From: Candidatus Cloacimonadales bacterium
GTDB lineage: Bacteria; Cloacimonadota; Cloacimonadia; Cloacimonadales; JAFGVF01
Direction of reading: 5' to 3'
Assembly (NCBI GenBank): GCA_963662585.1
Contig: OY759729.1
Span: 704,001 to 768,000, forward strand
Length of the DNA stretch: 64,000 nucleotides
Shown here piece after piece: positions 59,221 to 64,000 of this stretch (its first letter is position 1; every line of letters starts with the position of its first letter). The notes under the pieces are model-generated. The model made no database searches and was not told where the DNA came from. It saw only the letters and a list, made by a program, of their open reading frames with translations. The position numbers and the translations under genes were made by a program.

Positions 59221-60462
59221 TTAGTCTAAAGTCTCTACTTGTTGTTTAATATTAGGAACAGCTCCATAGTTTCCTATCAAGTACTTCTTCATCACATTTT
59301 CTCTTTTTAAGTTATTAAAATCAATTAAACTGAAAAGCTCTGTTTGCCCAGTTTCTCGTTTTTCAGCAAACCAGATAACATCATAACGCATAATATCCCA
59401 AGCTAAAAATAGTGGGTTATGAGTAGTAACTATAAGTTGAGAATCTGAACTATTCTTTAAGAACATTAATAAAAGAAGTTTCTGTAAATCATAATGTAGA
59501 GAGTTTTCTATTTCGTCGAATAACATTAATTTAGATGTGCTTGTAATTACATAGAAGGGAGCTAACAAACTAAGATAACGCAGGGTCCCTGCAGATTCTT
59601 GATCTGAATTAAACTGAGCAAATATGTTAGCTTTATCTTTTTTAGCTATATGCTGAATTTTTAAATCCATACTTGGGAATAGTGTAAGTTGCAATTCTTT
59701 ATTATCATCCACAAGAATTTTAGAGATATTAAAGTCTGCTTGCCTCAATAAATCTCTGAATTTTTCAGCTAATTCTGTTTTTTCTTTGATTTTGTTAATC
59801 GTATAATCTAGTGCATCAGTATTGTTATCTATAAACATAGAAACTCTAGCAAAATGCCATTTCCAAACATTCTTTGCATGTTCGAATAGAGGGTTTACCC
59901 GATTAAAAACAGACAATATTGTATTATTTTTTAAGGTATTAGCTAATATTACTTCTCTGTCAGCTTTAGACAAAGATATTGTTGAGCCAACTCTTAATAC
60001 CATTCCTCTCTCATTAGTATCATCTTTTTTCCTTTCAAATACTAAGGCTGGTTGTATAGTAGGATAGTATTCTAACTTTTCGCTAAAAATTTCTTCAGAG
60101 GTAAAGTTGATTTCATATTTATAGCGAATATAATTATCTACTGTTTTCACTAAGAAATTAGCTTTTAGTGTTGAAGGTTCATTCTTGAATACTGGATCTA
60201 AAAGAAAAGGCTTGCTATCTATTTCATGGTCAATATCTCTCTTTTCAATAATTAAAGTGTTCAGGAGAGAAAAACATTTCAACATATTAGATTTACCAGA
60301 AGCATTAGCACCATAGATCATTAGCATTTTAAGTAATTTATATTTACCAATTTCTACGACAAAATCTTTCTCATAATCCTTTATTTTATCATAAGCTTCA
60401 AAGCTAAAGGTTTGTTCTTCACCAAATGAAAACAAATTTCTTACTGATAGATCTATGTACAT
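59221..60462 (-). CDS. rloA: RloA-like ABC/AAA_21 ATPase (AbiLi-like)
   Basis: Walker A GANASGKSN, ESAGT signature, Walker B LFDEIENSLH, TTHN, IWFAEK, YL.G.YGAVP; start 60462 with GAGGTG RBS. Confidence 0.88.
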   Translation of the reverse strand: MYIDLSVRNLFSFGEEQTFSFEAYDKIKDYEKDFVVEIGKYKLLKMLMIYGANASGKSNMLKCFSLLNTLIIEKRDIDHEIDSKPFLLDPVFKNEPSTLKANFLVKTVDNYIRYKYEINFTSEEIFSEKLEYYPTIQPALVFERKKDDTNERGMVLRVGSTISLSKADREVILANTLKNNTILSVFNRVNPLFEHAKNVWKWHFARVSMFIDNNTDALDYTINKIKEKTELAEKFRDLLRQADFNISKILVDDNKELQLTLFPSMDLKIQHIAKKDKANIFAQFNSDQESAGTLRYLSLLAPFYVITSTSKLMLFDEIENSLHYDLQKLLLLMFLKNSSDSQLIVTTHNPLFLAWDIMRYDVIWFAEKRETGQTELFSLIDFNNLKRENVMKKYLIGNYGAVPNIKQQVETLD

Positions 60463-60574
60463 TTTCACCTCTATTTCATATATTTGCAGTTTTATGCATA
60501 ATTTAACAATTATAATATGCATGTCAAGCATTATATTTATTTAATTTAATTCTCATAGTCCCTTATAAACAAAA

Positions 60575-60598
60575 ATGGGCAATCACAAGGATTGCCCA
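60575..60598 (-). terminator. Rho-independent terminator
   Basis: TGGGCAATC...GATTGCCCA stem followed by a T tract on the minus strand. Confidence 0.8.
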
Positions 60599-60618
60599 AA
60601 CAAAGAAGTTATTATTTC

Positions 60619-63600
60619 TTAATCACTATAAGCTTGAATCTTGAAGAATATCATTGGAAGAACATCTCCAATTCCATAAAAGATATATTGATTTTCATAA
60701 GCAGTATCAAAGTAATTACTTCCATCTAGTTCAAATTCAGGGTTTTCTGAAAAGAAGATATCATAGACAACATCCTGCAAAGGATTTCCCGAAGTATCTT
60801 CATCTACAATATCCCAAGAAAGAATCAAATCATTACCTTGGAAAGTTAGAGTAATATTTTCTGGTTTTCTAGGTTTTGAATCATTGTTAGTAACAAAAGA
60901 AATTTCATCAGAAAAAGTCTCGTTTGAAGCTATATCAACAGCAGCAACTTTAAGGAAATATTGAACATTAGGATTCAAGTTAGGAAGAGTAAAAATGATC
61001 TGTCCTGAGCCAGCATCAGCTAATTCAGGAAAGTCTAACCAAGATACGAAATTAGCTTGATTAGTCACATTTTCATTTTCGCTATAGAATATTTTATAGC
61101 CGATAAAGTTGGCGTCTTGACTGCTTGTCCAGGCTATTTCTGCTGTTGAAATAGTAATTAATCCAGGTAAGATGTTACTTATGTCAGTAGGATAAATAGT
61201 GTCAATACTTACAGACCAATCATCAGTAATTCCTTCAGCACTATCAAAGCCACTATATGAATAACCAAAACCACTAATGTCTTTAGCTCGGAATTCGAAT
61301 TTAAGCTCTTCCCCATCAGTGAGGTAATTTGCTTGTGCAGTAACTTCTAAGACAAAATCTCCATTTTCATCCATAATACCAAAATTATTTCTAAGAGATT
61401 TAGCTCTGTCATTAGCAAAAACATTCAACCACTCTTCAGCAGAATCATATTGTCCATTTCCGTTAGCATCTATACGATATTGAACAGTTGAGCTATCAAC
61501 ACCATAAGCATCTTTAATCTTGCAAGCAAGTTGAACTTGCCTTGTGTTAAGATAAGTTTCCGTTTGGATAGGGATAACATCATAAATCAAGGCAAAATCT
61601 GAAGCAAGTAGGCTAGTAACAATATTGGATAGTTCACTTCTGTTTCCTGCTAAATCTACAGCAAGAATAGTGAACCAATAGCGTTGAGCTAGGTCTAAAT
61701 CTTCGATTATGGTTGATGTGGTAAGATTATCATTTAAATTAGCATCTGATTCAATAGAGAACATAGTATCTTCAATAGATAAATCATAGTGATTAGAGTA
61801 ATATATTTCATAGTGTGAGAAATTATTATCTGAAGAAGATAACCAGTCTAAACTAACCGAAGTATCAGAAACATTACTAGTTAACAAATCTTCAACTAAA
61901 GCAGGTGCTTGAGTATCAATATTAAAAGTAAAATCATCATTAATACCCATTTCTGAATCAAGGCCACTATAGGAGTAGATATCATTCTGAGTATCAAAAC
62001 ATCTTAATTCTAAGCTGTAGCCTATAGCATCTTGATTGAGTACGAGTGGGATTTCAATCTCAATTTCACTATTATTTTGGTAATTGTCTATTGATAGCCA
62101 TAATTCATCTTGATCATAGCTATTATTGTTATTAGCATCTATTCTATACTCTAAAGAAGAACTATCAACCATCAAATCATCTGTGATCAGAACAGAGATA
62201 ATAGGAGTCAAGCTATTAAACCAAGTATCAGACTCAGTAAGGAATGTAATAGTAGGTAAGGAAGTTGGAGTTGCAGAGATAATTTCTGACCAATCTGAGA
62301 CATTTCCACTCATATCAGTGCTTCTAATGGCAAAATAATAACTTTCATTTAGAGTTAGACCTGTTATTATAGTTGTAGAATTCTCTTGAAAATAAAGTTC
62401 ATTATCATCACTTCCATTCCAGATAAAGAGTTGCTCAGTTAATGATTCTTCACTCATAACACTTATCTCATATTGGTTGAAGAAGTTATTTTCAATAGGA
62501 GACCATGAGAAAGTAAGCTCTTGAGGACTAACAGCAGTTAATTGAAGACCTTGAACTGTAGCTGGAGGTAAATAGTTACCCATGACGCCATTAATCTCAA
62601 AATCATCTATATTCCAATAATTTGTAGCTACAGTTGAAGATAAATATTGCCATCTAAATCTAACATTAGAATTATTTGCGACTTCAGGAAGCACTATTGA
62701 ATAAGTAGCAGTAGTTGATTCTTCAAAACTTTCAACATTATAATAAGTAAAACCATTTAAAGAATATTGAAAAATCGCAGTAACTCCGCTTGGTCTTAAT
62801 AAGTCATGATGAAAGGAAACTTCCACATCATAAATTCCTGATAAATCATAAGCTTTGGAGATAAATCGCTGAGTTCTTGATATTCTTGGGTTATTAACTT
62901 CCATAGACCAATCGTCTCCACTATCTTGACTTGTTAGCCAATTTCCTCCTGTGGCTGACCAGCCAGTTGCAAATGATCCACTATGGTTAAAATCTTCGCT
63001 GACATAATAACCAGCTTGTACTCTGATAACTAATGACTGGGAGACACTTAGATTGTGGTCGTCAGTTGCTGTTACAGTTACTCTCTCAACTCCTACCCAG
63101 CTAACATTAGGGGTAATTTGAAAGGAGTTATCAAGATAAGCTATATCCAGATTGTTATTCCCGGTAAAAGTATAAAGTAAATCAGAATCTACATCTGTGA
63201 AGAAGTTATCAATATCTTCTAAGCTGCTTGTAGCATTCATCAAGACATTAACTTCAGGGAATTGAGCAATAATTTCTGGAGCATCATTTACAGGGTTAAC
63301 TACTATAATAAGATTGTTAATGATATTAAGATTTTCACTATCTCCATCAACTATTACACCAGGAAGATTAATAACATCTCCTTCTACTGCTGTCAATTCA
63401 AGAGTCTCAGTGCCAAACCAGTTTAAATGTGGCTGGAGGGTAAGAATATTCTCAGCAATCGAAAAATCAACATTAACAGAATTATTGATTGAATAATCTA
63501 GGATATTATCAATATCAGAGAAATAGTCATTTAGATTTAAGGAATATTCTTCAAAATCTTCAGCAATTTCTATTTCTGGAAGTGCTTGCAGTTGAATAGG

Positions 63601-64000
63601 TTGATCATTAACATTAACTACACTAACCTCTATCTGCTGACTAATTTCAAACCCATAAGTATCAGAGATAATTAAATTTACTGTTTCACTTCCAAACCAG
63701 TTTTCTGTAGCTGAAAAAGATATTAAATCATCTTGAAAGTTCATAAAGATATTCTCTTCTACTTCAAGATTAACGAAAAGACTATCACCTTGATTCAAAT
63801 CACTATCTGCAATATAATCATTAATATTATAGGCAATAAGACTTTCATCTTCATTAAAAGAAACATCCTCAAAAGGAGTTAGAAAGTGAGGAGATTGAGG
63901 AATATTGCTTATAATAAGATTAAATTCCACTTGCGAAGACAAAGTATCTTCATTAGTTGCAGAGATAAGCATATTATATTCACCTGCTGAGTAGTAATCT
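60619..64000 (-). CDS. Very large acidic surface protein, 3' part (cadherin-like/tandem-95 repeats plus FN3 domains); start lies outside the window
   Basis: Frame stays open upstream of 63972 to the window edge; VNVNDQP/VNPVNDAP linkers, NWFGxE repeats, FN3 units (Y.F.I.A.D.AGN.S). Confidence 0.88.
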   Translation of the reverse strand, partial: DYYSAGEYNMLISATNEDTLSSQVEFNLIISNIPQSPHFLTPFEDVSFNEDESLIAYNINDYIADSDLNQGDSLFVNLEVEENIFMNFQDDLISFSATENWFGSETVNLIISDTYGFEISQQIEVSVVNVNDQPIQLQALPEIEIAEDFEEYSLNLNDYFSDIDNILDYSINNSVNVDFSIAENILTLQPHLNWFGTETLELTAVEGDVINLPGVIVDGDSENLNIINNLIIVVNPVNDAPEIIAQFPEVNVLMNATSSLEDIDNFFTDVDSDLLYTFTGNNNLDIAYLDNSFQITPNVSWVGVERVTVTATDDHNLSVSQSLVIRVQAGYYVSEDFNHSGSFATGWSATGGNWLTSQDSGDDWSMEVNNPRISRTQRFISKAYDLSGIYDVEVSFHHDLLRPSGVTAIFQYSLNGFTYYNVESFEESTTATYSIVLPEVANNSNVRFRWQYLSSTVATNYWNIDDFEINGVMGNYLPPATVQGLQLTAVSPQELTFSWSPIENNFFNQYEISVMSEESLTEQLFIWNGSDDNELYFQENSTTIITGLTLNESYYFAIRSTDMSGNVSDWSEIISATPTSLPTITFLTESDTWFNSLTPIISVLITDDLMVDSSSLEYRIDANNNNSYDQDELWLSIDNYQNNSEIEIEIPLVLNQDAIGYSLELRCFDTQNDIYSYSGLDSEMGINDDFTFNIDTQAPALVEDLLTSNVSDTSVSLDWLSSSDNNFSHYEIYYSNHYDLSIEDTMFSIESDANLNDNLTTSTIIEDLDLAQRYWFTILAVDLAGNRSELSNIVTSLLASDFALIYDVIPIQTETYLNTRQVQLACKIKDAYGVDSSTVQYRIDANGNGQYDSAEEWLNVFANDRAKSLRNNFGIMDENGDFVLEVTAQANYLTDGEELKFEFRAKDISGFGYSYSGFDSAEGITDDWSVSIDTIYPTDISNILPGLITISTAEIAWTSSQDANFIGYKIFYSENENVTNQANFVSWLDFPELADAGSGQIIFTLPNLNPNVQYFLKVAAVDIASNETFSDEISFVTNNDSKPRKPENITLTFQGNDLILSWDIVDEDTSGNPLQDVVYDIFFSENPEFELDGSNYFDTAYENQYIFYGIGDVLPMIFFKIQAYSD

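Noticed and set aside
968..63496. Short antisense or nested ORFs (e.g. 968, 2178, 3181, 5562, 6711, 7503, 9465, 19568, 31554, 32801, 34993, 39432, 40611, 42955, 44471, 54821, 57218, 59822, 62126, 63314)
   Set aside because: Shadows of well-supported genes on the other strand or frame
1..64000. tRNA, rRNA, riboswitch or selenocysteine recoding signals
   Set aside because: None recognised by eye; a covariance-model search would be needed to exclude them

Overview
AT-rich bacterial chromosomal window, mostly minus-strand genes. The C-terminal FlgD-Ig/T9SS-A sorting domains (PNPFNPxTxI...IYNIKGQxVKTL) plus anaerobic metabolism genes suggest an FCB-group anaerobe, probably Cloacimonadota (inference). 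Housekeeping and metabolic genes: ltaE (partial), M20 amidohydrolase, asd, maoC-like, rsmI, tex, folE2, apbE, M16 peptidase, ppdK, xerC, a proline/sarcosine-dehydrogenase-like pair and a 2-oxoacid:ferredoxin oxidoreductase. There are also several large secreted/surface proteins. Accessory elements: a complete class C-like group II intron inserted behind a terminator, an RloA/RloB (AbiL-like) pair and a 346-bp MITE. Intergenic mosaics of palindromic REP-like modules are unusually abundant (about 6 kb), including a 2.7-kb modular array that appears to hold a captured gene fragment. Best candidates for undescribed systems: (i) a WYL regulator coupled to an LRAT/permuted NlpC-P60 enzyme, with a small ORF, an orphan gene and a WYL-type operator; (ii) a four-gene DUF6754 membrane-complex operon; (iii) the modular repeat arrays. 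No rRNA, tRNA or CRISPR array was recognised. Family assignments come from motifs read by eye, not database searches.
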